Origin: Octopus sinensis
Lineage: Eukaryota
Assembly (NCBI RefSeq): GCF_006345805.1
Contig: NC_042997.1
Location: forward strand, 434,001 to 498,000
DNA length: 64,000 nucleotides
Direction of reading: 5' to 3'
Of this stretch, positions 11,905-24,298 are shown in pieces. Numbering within the stretch: the first letter of the stretch is position 1; each line of letters begins with the position of its first letter. The notes beneath the pieces are model-generated. The model saw nothing but the letters and a program-made list of their open reading frames with translations, had not been told where the DNA came from and did not search any database. The position numbers were made by a program, and so were the translations under genes.

Positions 11905-14174
11905 CTCAGAACTGCGAAAGAAACGCGAGACGTGTCTGACTGTGAAATATGTTTTAATTTCCTTATGTCAGAGATAAATTTTGATAAATGTGATAAATCA
12001 ATTTTCTTGGATGCACTTTAACCACAATCTATGGGTCGTTTTCATGTGTTCTGTTAATGGGAGGATCCAGAACATCATGACTGTAGGGCATGACGTGTTC
12101 AATACAGTGCATGCCCACCCTGGATGTTCAAAACGGCCATACACCGCCGGCACATGGAGTGCAGGAGGCAGTTCACAAAAGCCATTGCCACCTGTGCACA
12201 CAGCCTGAGGAAAGCTGCCTCCAGTTCCACACGATTTGTCGACCTTGAGACCACCTGGTTCAGCCGTCTCTGGATTTCATCCCACAGGTGTTCAATTGAG
12301 TTCAAATACGGGCTGAGAACCGGCCATGGTATGGTTCTAATGTTGTCCTGACACAGTAAGTCCATAGTAACATTGGACGTGTGGGAGGGAGCATTGTCCT
12401 GCCGGAACTCGTGGCTATGGCGCCGAGCGAAGAAGGGCATGATGTGAGTTATTAGGATCCGGCCAAGGTAGCGCTGCGCTGTGACGCCATTTCCGCTGCC
12501 TGCACCAACATTTTGGAATACATGGAGCCCAATTCTCTAATTCAGGGCTATAGGACCCCAAACCATGATTCTTTCCCCACCCCAAAAGGCTCTCACTATG
12601 ACACATGCGTCACTGTAGCGTTCACTCCTCCTACACCACACCCTCACTTTGCAATCAGAGGCGGAAAGCAGTACCGGCTCTCGTCATAGAAAACTATCAA
12701 CGTCCGTTGTTGATGATTTTGTCGGTGTTGTGTAGCCTACTGCAGTCGTGCTTGACGGTAGCGGGCGGTTAGGACAGGCGATCAAGCAGGACGGCAGCAA
12801 CGCAGGTCGTTGATGGCCAGTCGACGTCGTACCAAGTCGTCACTGTTTTAACGCTGTCCAGGCCCAAAGGTCTCGTGAGCTGTCACGCTGTCCGGTGTGA
12901 TGCAATCACGGAAATGTTGCAGGTGGATGAAGCGGACCTGCATGACAGCAGCTGTTCGACGTAAACCCACAGTTCCCATATTCTCGGACACTGCCCAATT
13001 GCGTGCAGAACGGTTTTGCCGTTCTTCTCTCACCTTGGACACGTGGACAGGCAAGAATCACCATGCATTGCGAGTTTATCTCGAACTGGTAAAGTCCCTC
13101 GGTAACATTGCCAGGCCAGAGACTTTTGGAATTTTCCCTATCCCGATCACATCTTGGACAGGTCGGCGGGTCATGGCCTCCATGCCTTGTGAGCATGTCC
13201 GAAGAGTTAAGGCTCCGTGGTAACACAGCCATGCCAGAGACTTCTGAAAATTGTCCAGAGTCCCCGGTCCAAATGTACGTTGGAACAAACCGGCCAGCTG
13301 ATTATCATTGAGACCTAGGGTCTCCCCTAAAGTATCGTCACATTCCACCTCTACCAGCCCTAACAAATGTGGTGGAAACCCCACCGCAAGCATTGCCCGA
13401 GCGACGGAATAGCAGGAGAACCTTACGGCACACCATAACACATGTAGTCGATCTACATTAGACGCAGGTTTCCTGTTCACTGAAACTAGTGAACGTTGGA
13501 AAATCCGTTTCGCATGCGAAGACCACACCCGTTCATCATCCATGTAGATCCACAGACGCCTCAACCTCAGTGCATGTTTCGGCTAGGGAAGCCTTGGTTC
13601 CTGCCAATGCATCCCTAGCCCACCCTTTAACGGTTTTTGGCAGCAAATAGAACGTCTCACAAGCGGTTTCGCGTCCTTCCACGAATTAGGGCAATGAATG
13701 ACGGTTACGCGGTAGGTGATGACCGATGCGATAAACACATTGACTATTCCGCCTTCCCTATCTGGGTGACTATCGAGCAGGGTGACTATCTGGGTCACTC
13801 TGCTCGATACCTCGGCCAAGTTCTCTATTTGGAGGTCTGGTCCGAACCAAACTCCTAGCAACTTAATCGGAAAAGGAGAAATTTCGAATGCCAGGAGTGC
13901 GGTTCAAGTTGATTTTTATACCAATAACCTCCACGAGATGCACATGCATTTAGGTTTTCATGACAATTGTTTGCGACTGCCACCCGCATCATTCAACGTA
14001 GCTGCGCTTTAACGTCTCATTTTAGGAAACGTTTAAAGGTTACCTGCAATTTGGGTCTCAGTCATAAACTAGAATGTCTTGCAATATCTACATTTACATC
14101 CCCGAAATGAATTTTCAGAATTTACCATATAAAAATAACATTTTGAAAAATCGCGTTTCTTTTGCGGTTCAATG
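11905..14174 (-). mobile_element. Tc1-like DNA transposon with both TIRs (contains a nested LINE fragment)
   Basis: TA-flanked TIRs ctcagaactgcgaaagaaacgcga (11905) and rc cattgaaccgcaaaagaaacgcga (14174). Peptides FYDESR, FRQDNAPSH...WPVLSPYLNSIEHLWD, and HTH-region QVRFIHLQHFRD. Confidence 0.85.
13030..13865 (-). mobile_element. L1/Tx1-clade LINE 3' fragment nested in the Tc1
   Basis: MLGVWFGPDLQIE...KGGLGM and PPTCPRCDRDRE (zf-RVT-like); boundaries approximate. Confidence 0.75.
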
Positions 14175-14479
14175 TACTTCCATACATACATGAGCACATT
14201 TAACTCTGTTCATACATAATATGTAAATACACGTATACATATATAAAAGATACATAAATATACATCTGTACTACGCCATGTGGGAATAGGAGAGTATACC
14301 TTCTATCCTGTAGTGAACATAATGTTTAAATCTTCGACATTAGTACAATCATGCTATAAAAACTGGTTAACTTAACTTTTTTGAGTAAATATAAAGAAGC
14401 GTATAATACAGTAGACAAAGTAGTGACGAAGGGGGAAAAATTGAGTGAAACATAGATTGTTCCTTGATATGTCAAGCTA

Positions 14480-15900
14480 AAATATTTCTCATGGCAAGAT
14501 TTAATGTAAACAACTTACTAAATGGAAGAACGATTGCGAGTCATAGAAAAACATTCTGGCCTGATGTTTTCTATGACATATCAAATTACTATACAACCTG
14601 CAGAATAAATTGAATCTCTCAGACTTTGGACATTACAAGCATTCAGGCTTGTGTTGCAAATACTATTCACCAAACAAAAGACTGGGAACAACAGACATTT
14701 GTCGAAATCGGAACACAACCAAAATAATACCCTCTAAAGAAAATCAATCGAATAGGGAACATACTGGATAAATAGATGTTACCAATATATAGAAAATGCG
14801 AAACGACTTCCTAAAGCACCATTTATGACTTAATGACAAACTGTCTAAACTGTACCGGAACGGTCAACAGGGCACGCTCACAGATAAAGAAATAACTTTA
14901 GAGCGAAAACAGAATGATAACACTGAGATACAGTTAGAAATGGCTACACCATCAATTCTAACAATGGAGTTTGATATGAATAATACTTATATCTGATAGC
15001 CAGTTGAAGAAAAATTGCTGACAAAATTAGAAATATGGATATAAATAGCCTGATTATCTCCCCTGTTACTAATGGCAAATGTTAAAGTTTCTAGAATGAA
15101 TGAGAATGTTGGTGCTTTAGAAAAGGTTTGAGTGAAGTACAAAATGAATATATCAGAACTCTATTTAATTAGACCAAATCCAATCAGACATAATCAGTTC
15201 CAAAGCTGATAGTGATATTTGCAATATAGGACTAGATACTATTATCGACAGCCTACACAAGAAGACGTGGAATATATGGAATATCACTTGTAGATGGTAC
15301 GCATCAAGAGTAACGCTGACAATATCAATGTTAAATGTAGGAAAGAAGATTGGAATGAAATCTATGCAAGGTTATAAAATTAGTACAAATGACTTTCGAG
15401 TGACGTTGTATATCACTAAGAAAACGCCTATCGCAGTGTACCCACTATAAACGAAATAAAATCATGAGAGACATGTTCAACATCTGTTCAGTTTGTAAGT
15501 ATGATTTAAGGTGATGGTGACCAGTGGATATTTAAACAGACCACGAGTCTGAGGGGAAGAACCTTTGAAGAGACACTCTGAATTTACAGTTGCTCCATGT
15601 AGCGGGACCGTAGCTGAAATAATCAACGTAGACAGAAAGTTGGAAAAGAAACATTTATATCAAAACTTATACATAGTTACATATGCCGCAAGAGAGAAGA
15701 TACTAACGACATTGACAGAGAAAAAAACAAACCATCTGTTCTAGACATATACTTGAATAATGCATCACATACTCACCTAAAGTTTGATAAAAGGAGAAGA
15801 CTATCATATAACACATCAATGAAGAAGAGACATGTGCTTTGATCCATTCGTATTACGATGGAAAATGTGAATTTTGGCATAGCAGTGAGGATGATATCAA
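14480..15900 (+). mobile_element. Highly decayed RTE-like LINE
   Basis: Scattered peptides CVANTIHQTK (APE-like) and YGISL...ASRVTLTI...MQGY...STND (RT-like); many stops. Confidence 0.45.
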
Positions 15901-16083
15901 CCCATCATTATTAGCTGCAGAAAATGTTTGCAAGGTATTAATATCTGATGAAATGTAATATTGTTGTATTAATAATTTACGACAGTAACCACAAGGAATT
16001 GTTTTGACGGCTAAAAAGTGGTACACTGAACCGGAATACATACATACATACATACATACATACAGACGTTCTTACATATATAT

Positions 16084-19000
16084 GTGTCAGGTCTCCGCTT
16101 GGAGCTACTGGTAACATGTAACCCAGTACAACCTGTTACATGGTCGGGTCGTTGGCGACTAAACTGGCAACCCCACCAAGATTTCTTGGTGAGGAGGGTG
16201 ATTTGGACACCCAGCAGGACTAAAAACAAAACCTGTCAAAGGGCAGAGGAACTCTCTCATGAGTCAATGGCCATCCAAAATCCGGAGTGGAGCCCCTAAG
16301 GCGGTTGGATTGCGCCATGCGTGCCACCTTCCGGCAGCTCCTGCATCTTGGTCTACCCCCAGTCGTCTTGACTTTGTCTTGCCACTGGATCCGGCGCACC
16401 AGGACGAGAGAGTGAGGCTGATCCTGCGCAAGTCACCCTCACTATAATCCAAGTCACGCGCATGTCACGACATCATGACGCCATGACACCATCCCAAAGT
16501 CCTGTGGCGATGGGGAAACGGCGAAGTAGCAGGTGAGGATACACTGGGAGCTGCAGTCGTGAACCCACACACAGGCGGCTCAGGACATGTGGTCGCCCCT
16601 CACTGAACTGAGGCAGCAGTGGAGTCCGGCAGCCTCCTGAGTGACCGAGCAGCCCTCTTCAGGATCGCTCTGCTCGCCTCCCCAGCATGAGGACGGGGCT
16701 AGAAAAGGTTGCCCTAAACATAGCCTGCCTCACCTCACCCTGGTCAGCAAACCGCGGCTGGCGGGGATCCTTTCCAAGCGGTCGAAACAAAGAAAGAAGA
16801 AAACAAACAAAGGTGCTCACTTTCGCAACTTGGAACGTGAGAACTCTGCTTGACAACACCAAAGCGGACAGACCAGAGAGACGAACTGCCCTGGTGGCCA
16901 GAGAACTGAGCCGATACAGTGTCGATATTGCAGCACTGAGCGAGACCCGCCTTGCGGACAAAGGCCAGCTGACAGAGACAGGCGGCGGCTACACTTTCTT
17001 TTGGAGTGGTCGCAGCAGCGAAGAGCGTCGTGAGGCTGGTGTTGGTTTTGCCATTAAGTCAGTACACGTGCGGAAACTGGAAAGCCCCCCCGAGGGTATC
17101 AACGATCGGCTGATGAAGATGCAGCTCCCACTTGGAAACAAGACTAGTGCGACCATCATCAGTGCTTACGCCCCCACCATGACCAACCCTGAAGAAGTTA
17201 AGGACAGGTTCTATGAGGAACTCGACCCCCTCATCACGTCAGCCCAGCCTGGGAAGCTCATCCTCCTTGAGGATTTTAACGCCCGTGTCGGGACTGACCA
17301 CCAAGCCTGGCATCGCGTACTGGGAAAGCAAGGAATCGGAAAGTGCAACAGCAACGGACAGCTCCTCCTGCGTGCGTGTGCCTCTCATGATCTTACCATC
17401 GCCAACACCTTGTTCCGTCTGCCAACACGCAACAAGACATCATGGATGCATCCACGCTCCAAACACTGGCATCTGATAGATTACGTCATCGTCAGGGCGA
17501 AAGACAGGCGGGACGTGAGACTGGTCAAAGCCATGTGCGGAGCTGACTGCTGGACGGACCATCGCCTCATCATCTCCAGGATGGATTTCTACATCCGACC
17601 TAAGAGAAGACCACAGGGTCAGAAAGTGACGAGGAAGCTTAACATCACGAAATTAAGGAACCAGCTGACTGCACAAGATCTCCAGTCACGTATGGACAGT
17701 AAGCTGTTGGACATTCGGAGTGACCAGTCCAGCATCGATGAGCAGTGGGAATCATTCAGGGACACGGTTCATTCCATCGCCCTTGAAACTCTGGGCCAAA
17801 TTACGAGGAACCACCAGGACTGGTTCGACGAAAACGACCAGGAAATCCAAAAGCTCCTGGAAGAGAAACGCCGTCTGCTGCGGGCTCACCAAAATGACAC
17901 CACCTGCACGGCAAAGAAGGCCGCTTTCAACAACATTCGCAGCACAGTCCAGGCTAAACTCCGCCTCATGCAAGATGCATGGTTAAGCGCCAAGGCGGAT
18001 GAGATTCAGGGATACGCAGACAAACACGACACCAAGAAATTCTACGAGGCGCTGAAAGCTGTCTATGGACCGCAGTTCTCCTTTGAATCAACCCCCCTGC
18101 TCAGCTCAGATGGAACCTCACTCCTGACTAACAAGAGGCTGATCCTGGAGAGATGGGCGGAGCACTTCAACATCGTGCTCAACCGACCAGCCCAGATCAA
18201 CGAGGAAGCCATCGCACGTCTCCCCCAGGTGCCGACAAACCACGAGTTGGCTGTTCCCCCTGCAGTCGGGGAAGTGAACAGAGCCATCAAAAAAATGTCC
18301 ACCGGCAAAGCTCCAGGCTCTGACGCCATCCCTGCAGAGGTGTTCAAGTCGGGAGGCCCCACCATGATCAGTCAGCTCACCAGCCTGTTCCAGTCGATGT
18401 GGGACAGGGAACAACTCCCTCAAGATTTCCGGGATGCAACAATCGTCCACATTTATAAGCGGAAAGGAGATCGGCAGTCCTGCGACAACCACCGAGGTGT
18501 TTCCCTCTTGTCCATAGCAGGCAAGATCCTGGCCCGGGTCCTGCTTGACCGCCTTCTGGAACACTTGGAGCAAGGCCTTCTCCCTGAGAGCCAGTGTGGC
18601 TTCCGTGCGGGTCGAGGGACCACTGACATGATATTCGCCGCCCGCCAGCTCCAGGAGAAATGCATGGAGCAGCACCTTGACCTCTGCATGACCTTTGTTG
18701 ACCTCACCAAGGCCTTTGATACAGTCAGTCGGGAGGGACTATGGAAGGTCATGGGAAAATTTGGTTGCCCCAGCAAATTTATTGCAATTGTCCGCCAGTT
18801 CCACGACGGAATGACAGCCAGAATCCTTGAGGACGGCGACTCATCTGAAGCCTTCCAGGTGACCAACGGAGTCAGGCAGGGCTGTGTCCTGGCCCCAACA
18901 CTGTTCAGCATCATGTTCTCGGCAATGATGTCCGACGCCTTTAGGGACTGCAAGTCCGGTATCAACATCAAGTACAGGACAGACGGGAAACTTTTCAACT

Positions 19001-20047
19001 CCAGGAGATTGCAGGCTGTCACAAAGGTGAGGGAGACAGTCGTCAGAGACTTTCTCTTTGCTGACGACTGCGCCCTTAATGCAATCGATGAGCAGGAGAT
19101 GCAGCTCGAGATGGACAGGTTCTCATCAGCCTGTGACAACTTCGGTCTCACCATCAGTGCAAAGAAAACCGAAGTGATGTTTCAGCCAGCCCCCGGCAAA
19201 CAATACCATGAGCCTCAGATAAGGGTGAACGGACGGATCTTACGAGTGGTGGAAAACTTCACCTACCTGGGCAGCACTCTCTCCTGCAATGCCAACATAG
19301 ATGCTGAAACCATCAACAGAATCTCCAAGGCAAGCAGCGCGTTTGGGAGACTGCGAAAGAAAGTCTGGGAGCGGAGAGGAATCAGCCTCAACACCAAGCT
19401 GAAAGTCTACCGGGCAGTCGTGCTTACCACTCTACTATACGGCTGCGAAACGTGGACTGCTTACCGAAGGCACGAGCGCCAGATAAACCACTTCCATGTC
19501 AGGTGTCTTCGGAATCTCCTTCACATCCGCTGGCAGGACAAAGTCCCAGACACGGAAGTTCTGAAGCAGGCAGATCTCCCTAGCACCATCACAATCATGC
19601 GCAAGGCCCAGCTGAGATGGGCGGGCCACGTCTCCCGCATGTCCGACACTCGCATCCCAAAACAGCTCTTCTACGGTGAACTCGGCCAGGGCAGGCGCAA
19701 AGTCGGAGGGCAGAAAAAGCGCTACAAGGATAGTCTCAAGGTCTCTCTCAAAGACTTCTCCATCGGAACAGAGACCTGGGAGACACTTGCTGCCAACCGC
19801 TCATCCTGGCGCAGCGCAATCACCGTGGGAGCAGGGACAGACGAGGAGGGACGGATTCGGTCAGCGGAGCAGAAACGTCAGATGCGTAAAGTCAGAGCCG
19901 CCTGCACCAGTAGCACTGCCCCTACCCACTTCTGCCCCACCTGTGGGAGGGGCTTCCTTGCCCGGATTGGCCTCACCAGCCACCTCCGGTCTCATGGCGG
20001 CAGTTCCATCAGATGATGTCAGTTGGTCATCTTCGAACCGAAGGACG
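16084..20047 (+). mobile_element. Full-length RTE-clade (BovB-like) non-LTR retrotransposon
   Basis: ~600-nt GC-rich 5' UTR, single uninterrupted ORF, short 3' UTR ending gaaggacgaacatt; flanked by (TACA)/(TA) microsatellites, so no TSD can be resolved. Confidence 0.95.
16687..20016 (+). CDS. RTE ORF: APE endonuclease + reverse transcriptase + C-terminal CCHH zinc finger (1109 aa)
   Basis: ATWNVRT, LSETR, SAYAPT, EDFNARVG, HLIDYV, TDHRL (APE); NHRGVSLL, ESQCGFR, DLTKAFDTV, GVRQGCVLAP, LFADD, FTYLGS (RT); CPTCGRGFLARIGLTSHLRSH. Confidence 0.97.
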   Translation: MRTGLEKVALNIACLTSPWSANRGWRGSFPSGRNKERRKQTKVLTFATWNVRTLLDNTKADRPERRTALVARELSRYSVDIAALSETRLADKGQLTETGGGYTFFWSGRSSEERREAGVGFAIKSVHVRKLESPPEGINDRLMKMQLPLGNKTSATIISAYAPTMTNPEEVKDRFYEELDPLITSAQPGKLILLEDFNARVGTDHQAWHRVLGKQGIGKCNSNGQLLLRACASHDLTIANTLFRLPTRNKTSWMHPRSKHWHLIDYVIVRAKDRRDVRLVKAMCGADCWTDHRLIISRMDFYIRPKRRPQGQKVTRKLNITKLRNQLTAQDLQSRMDSKLLDIRSDQSSIDEQWESFRDTVHSIALETLGQITRNHQDWFDENDQEIQKLLEEKRRLLRAHQNDTTCTAKKAAFNNIRSTVQAKLRLMQDAWLSAKADEIQGYADKHDTKKFYEALKAVYGPQFSFESTPLLSSDGTSLLTNKRLILERWAEHFNIVLNRPAQINEEAIARLPQVPTNHELAVPPAVGEVNRAIKKMSTGKAPGSDAIPAEVFKSGGPTMISQLTSLFQSMWDREQLPQDFRDATIVHIYKRKGDRQSCDNHRGVSLLSIAGKILARVLLDRLLEHLEQGLLPESQCGFRAGRGTTDMIFAARQLQEKCMEQHLDLCMTFVDLTKAFDTVSREGLWKVMGKFGCPSKFIAIVRQFHDGMTARILEDGDSSEAFQVTNGVRQGCVLAPTLFSIMFSAMMSDAFRDCKSGINIKYRTDGKLFNSRRLQAVTKVRETVVRDFLFADDCALNAIDEQEMQLEMDRFSSACDNFGLTISAKKTEVMFQPAPGKQYHEPQIRVNGRILRVVENFTYLGSTLSCNANIDAETINRISKASSAFGRLRKKVWERRGISLNTKLKVYRAVVLTTLLYGCETWTAYRRHERQINHFHVRCLRNLLHIRWQDKVPDTEVLKQADLPSTITIMRKAQLRWAGHVSRMSDTRIPKQLFYGELGQGRRKVGGQKKRYKDSLKVSLKDFSIGTETWETLAANRSSWRSAITVGAGTDEEGRIRSAEQKRQMRKVRAACTSSTAPTHFCPTCGRGFLARIGLTSHLRSHGGSSIR

Positions 20048-20049
20048 AA

Positions 20050-20052
20050 CAT

Positions 20053-20127
<75 letters not shown>

Positions 20128-20210
20128 GTATATATGTATATACATATATATATATATATATATGTACGTATGTATGTTTGTATGTGTGTGTATTTGTGTG
20201 TGTATGTGTG
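20050..20210. repeat. (TA)n/(TATG)n/(TG)n compound microsatellite
   Basis: Seen directly at the RTE 3' end. Confidence 0.95.
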
Positions 20211-22999
20211 TACCTTTAAAAATAAGGAATAATGGTGGACAGTCACAATAAAAATACTGATGTAGAGAAAAGAGAATTGACCCGATGTTGCTCCATGTGA
20301 TGCAACAAATATGCATTTTTGATAAATTTGAGGTGGTCATTGGAAATGAATGTCTCGTCTAAGGTTATAGAGAAAGAAAATATGCGATGCGATAATGTGG
20401 AAAATGTAGTTCTTGTGCTCATATAATATATTTTCAACTATACCTGTTATAATAGATGTAGTGATCTATATACAAGCTCTGTCTCTATATGTCCCTCTCA
20501 CTCCCATCTCTTTTCTCTCTCCCCCCTCTCTCTCTCTCTTAACTGTCCATCAATGTGATGACGACATTGTTTTCTTTGGTGAGCTGACAAATGACTGTTT
20601 AATCCAATTCTGACCTAAACAGTATATAAAAGCTGACTTACTTAAAATACAGCGAGTTTTCATTAAAAAAAATAACAAAGTAGATACTCACCAACCGAAT
20701 TGAATCGAAATAATAATACAGTGAAATCTTGTAAAATATGCCAAATATTTTCCATTAGATTGTGTGCCATATGTCCATTACTGAAAGGGACATACAGAAA
20801 AAATCACATGCGTGCATTTATATATATATGCATAACGAGTCACAATACATCGAATAGAGAGCCATTGAATAAAGATATACGTGCACCTAGTACATGTAAC
20901 AAGTAAAATCTAACATGCACTTACATATAGGCATACATTATCTCGCTTGCGTATTCAGATACATTTAATTCTACGGAAAAAGCATAGCAGTTTCATTACT
21001 GATCAACTGGAGTCGTGGAGGATACCCAATGGTAAGTATTAAGTCGAAAATAACTTTTAATTACTTAAATTCTAATTGTAAAAAGAAGAAACATAATTTC
21101 AGATAATGAAAATTCATCTCAAAGGTTGTAGAGACAGGTCCTAGAATTGTATTCTACGAAAACTTAAATGGCCATATGCAGAGAGAATTGAACTTAGTTT
21201 TTGGTAGACAATGCAACAAATGTTTATCACACCTCAGTGAAGCACCGGCAACTGACAACTACAAGATGCTTAGCAAAGACAATATATAGTATTTGGCATT
21301 AAAATAATTCACATACGAAGACTATGCTCTGCCATCTTGGAAAATGTTCCAGTGTCATCCGTACATTTATACATATACACATATTTTACATTTGTAACTA
21401 TAATTATTGGTGTACTTACCTTTGTTAAGTTAATCTTCAACAACTTGGGGTTTTAGGCCGTAAAGTAACCAAATCTTGAATTTGTAGTGAGTACAAAAAG
21501 TGGAGATGAAATAATTTGTAGCACGGGGATGGAAATGCTCTTCTTGGTCACGTGAAAAAAAGGGTTTTTGGAGTGTGAGGAACCAATATTTGTAAATGCA
21601 GTCAGTGAGTGAAACATTATAAATCTGTAAAACTATTCTAAAGTTCACTATATAGCCTTTTGTCATTGTTATTAGGTTAAAAACATGACTTAACTCACTT
21701 GTGTGCTTATTCATACGAATATTTAGTATCCTTTATTAAGTTTATTTCTCTTCATGTTTCCAATAAATTTTTGCAGCTGTTGTTTTACTTTGATTTTTTT
21801 CTGATTTAAGATTTTTCTCTTTTAAAAAGAATTCCTAAATTTACATTCTGGCCCCACTTTGAACTTCTATGAGTGTAAACAAACATGATCTTCTGGTATG
21901 GATGCCGAAACTTCCCCGGTAACGTTTGTGTGAGGTGGTAGACAGTACTTTTTTTTTTAATCATTGAATACACAAAACTCAGAATTAATGAGTATCCAGA
22001 AATAATGAGTGTCCAGTGGATGATCTGTGTACACTTTTCAATTTGCTGCCAGGAACAAACCAATATTTGTTCATTATAGAATTTAAGAATTTAAAAATGC
22101 ATGAGAATTCCAGATTTCTAGGCTACCATGCAGAAATTGTTTCAAAAGAAATAATAGTCTGATTTATTTGATGTTATTCTGTATCTGTAAGCGTTAAATG
22201 TACGGGGTATACATATACGCAAATACATTCAACACAAATATAACTGTTCATACGCGATCAACCCATTTTTGTAATGAAGATAAGTATCAACAAAAGTATT
22301 CAAATGTGACCAAACCCAACCTTTGACCTGAGACTTAAAATCCAAACACTATTTCCTAAATTCTATCAGAACCTGAAAAGTAATAAACCTTAAATAATAA
22401 GGCGTATAATAAATTAGATCAAATTTCTTTTTAAATATTACTGAATACGGTAAAATCACAGTGAATTAAATAATTTTGGATGGAAATCAGGCGTTGTCCA
22501 TTTTCTTTAAGAAATAACTGATGTAATATTTTTTGTTCGTATAGCATAAATTACAATATGTTCTATCGTATCACGTCAAATTACTTCTTTACCTTCATAG
22601 CATGAGCTATGAAAATATAAATTTGACTTTATGAAAAATATCTACGTGCAACCGTCTTAAATAAATTCAGAACTACTTGAATTTAATTCTTAGTCGAATT
22701 TTATTTATAAATATCCTACTTTAATATTTTACCTCAATATTTATGGCGGTATACTTCAATATGTCACTAGTAGAGCTTTGAAAGATAAAATACGCGTGAA
22801 ATGTGTTGTTAATACAAAAATCATTGACAACTTCTTCGTGATGTGTGTTTGATTTAGTATCAGTTAAAATTAGAAGCCGTGTGTCGTAAGAAGTGACAGA
22901 AAGAGACTGTTCCCAAAGAGTTTATTCAACGTCAGTATTAAAGGAATGAAGTCGCCTTCTCTTAAGTGGCGTATATACTCACTATCTCATGGTACATTG

Positions 23000-23007
23000 G
23001 CGCTTAT

Positions 23008-23058
<51 letters not shown>
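23000..23058. repeat. (TA)n microsatellite
   Basis: Seen directly. Confidence 0.97.
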
Positions 23059-23061
<3 letters not shown>

Positions 23062-23340
23062 GCATACAACAATTACACAGTCGTACGAAACGTGTGTTAT
23101 ATGACAATAATCACCTTCGCTCATATGCAAATATATATGAAATATACAAATATACTTATATACAAGCGACCAAGCACTCGTATATTTTAATATTGACACA
23201 TATTCCTTAAACTTTCATGACCCAGACAAAGAACCTTGTCACTCCGTCACTGGCAGACTATAATATTGCTAAGAATTTCAACAAATCTTAATAAAAGCAC
23301 ACAACCACATAAAAACATACATATGCATATACATACATAC

Positions 23341-23374
<34 letters not shown>

Positions 23375-23984
23375 AGGTATATAAACATATATATATGTAT
23401 ATACATATATATATATATATATATATACATACACAAACACACACACATATATATATATACATGATGGGCCGCTTGTGTGCGCATGCGTATGGTTTTCTCT
23501 GTGTATATGTATGAATGTAATCGCATGTCTTCAACTTATTTATGAAGTTGAGAGCTGAGTACTTAAATGACAAATGTCAAATCTAAGAATATGGTCAATA
23601 GACCCAATTAACGGACCCTCGAATGAAAGGTTACAGTCTATTGAATACAAAAGACTTCAGCTGTAATTTATATTACTCACAAATTGTGTTAACCTCAGTT
23701 AATTTATATTATCGAGAATTACAATCAATTAAAGCGATATTTTAAAGTAGTTTTTATTTGATAAAACTCTATCTAATATATGGTGTCTTTTTCTTTTTTT
23801 AAAAATGTATAATATTTCGTGATGGACATGATAGACATAACCAAGTTAAATAACATTGGAAAGAAATAAGAAATATATCAACTCGTGATTTGGGCATTAT
23901 AAATAAAAGAATGTTATTTCTCTGTATATTTCCTTTGCCCTAGTCTCAGGTTCTTATTAACTGACGTATAGTTAAAGGGCATTA

Positions 23985-24298
<314 letters not shown>

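Noticed and set aside
17213-19629. Overlapping and antisense ORFs inside the RTE
   Set aside because: Shadow ORFs of a GC-rich coding sequence.
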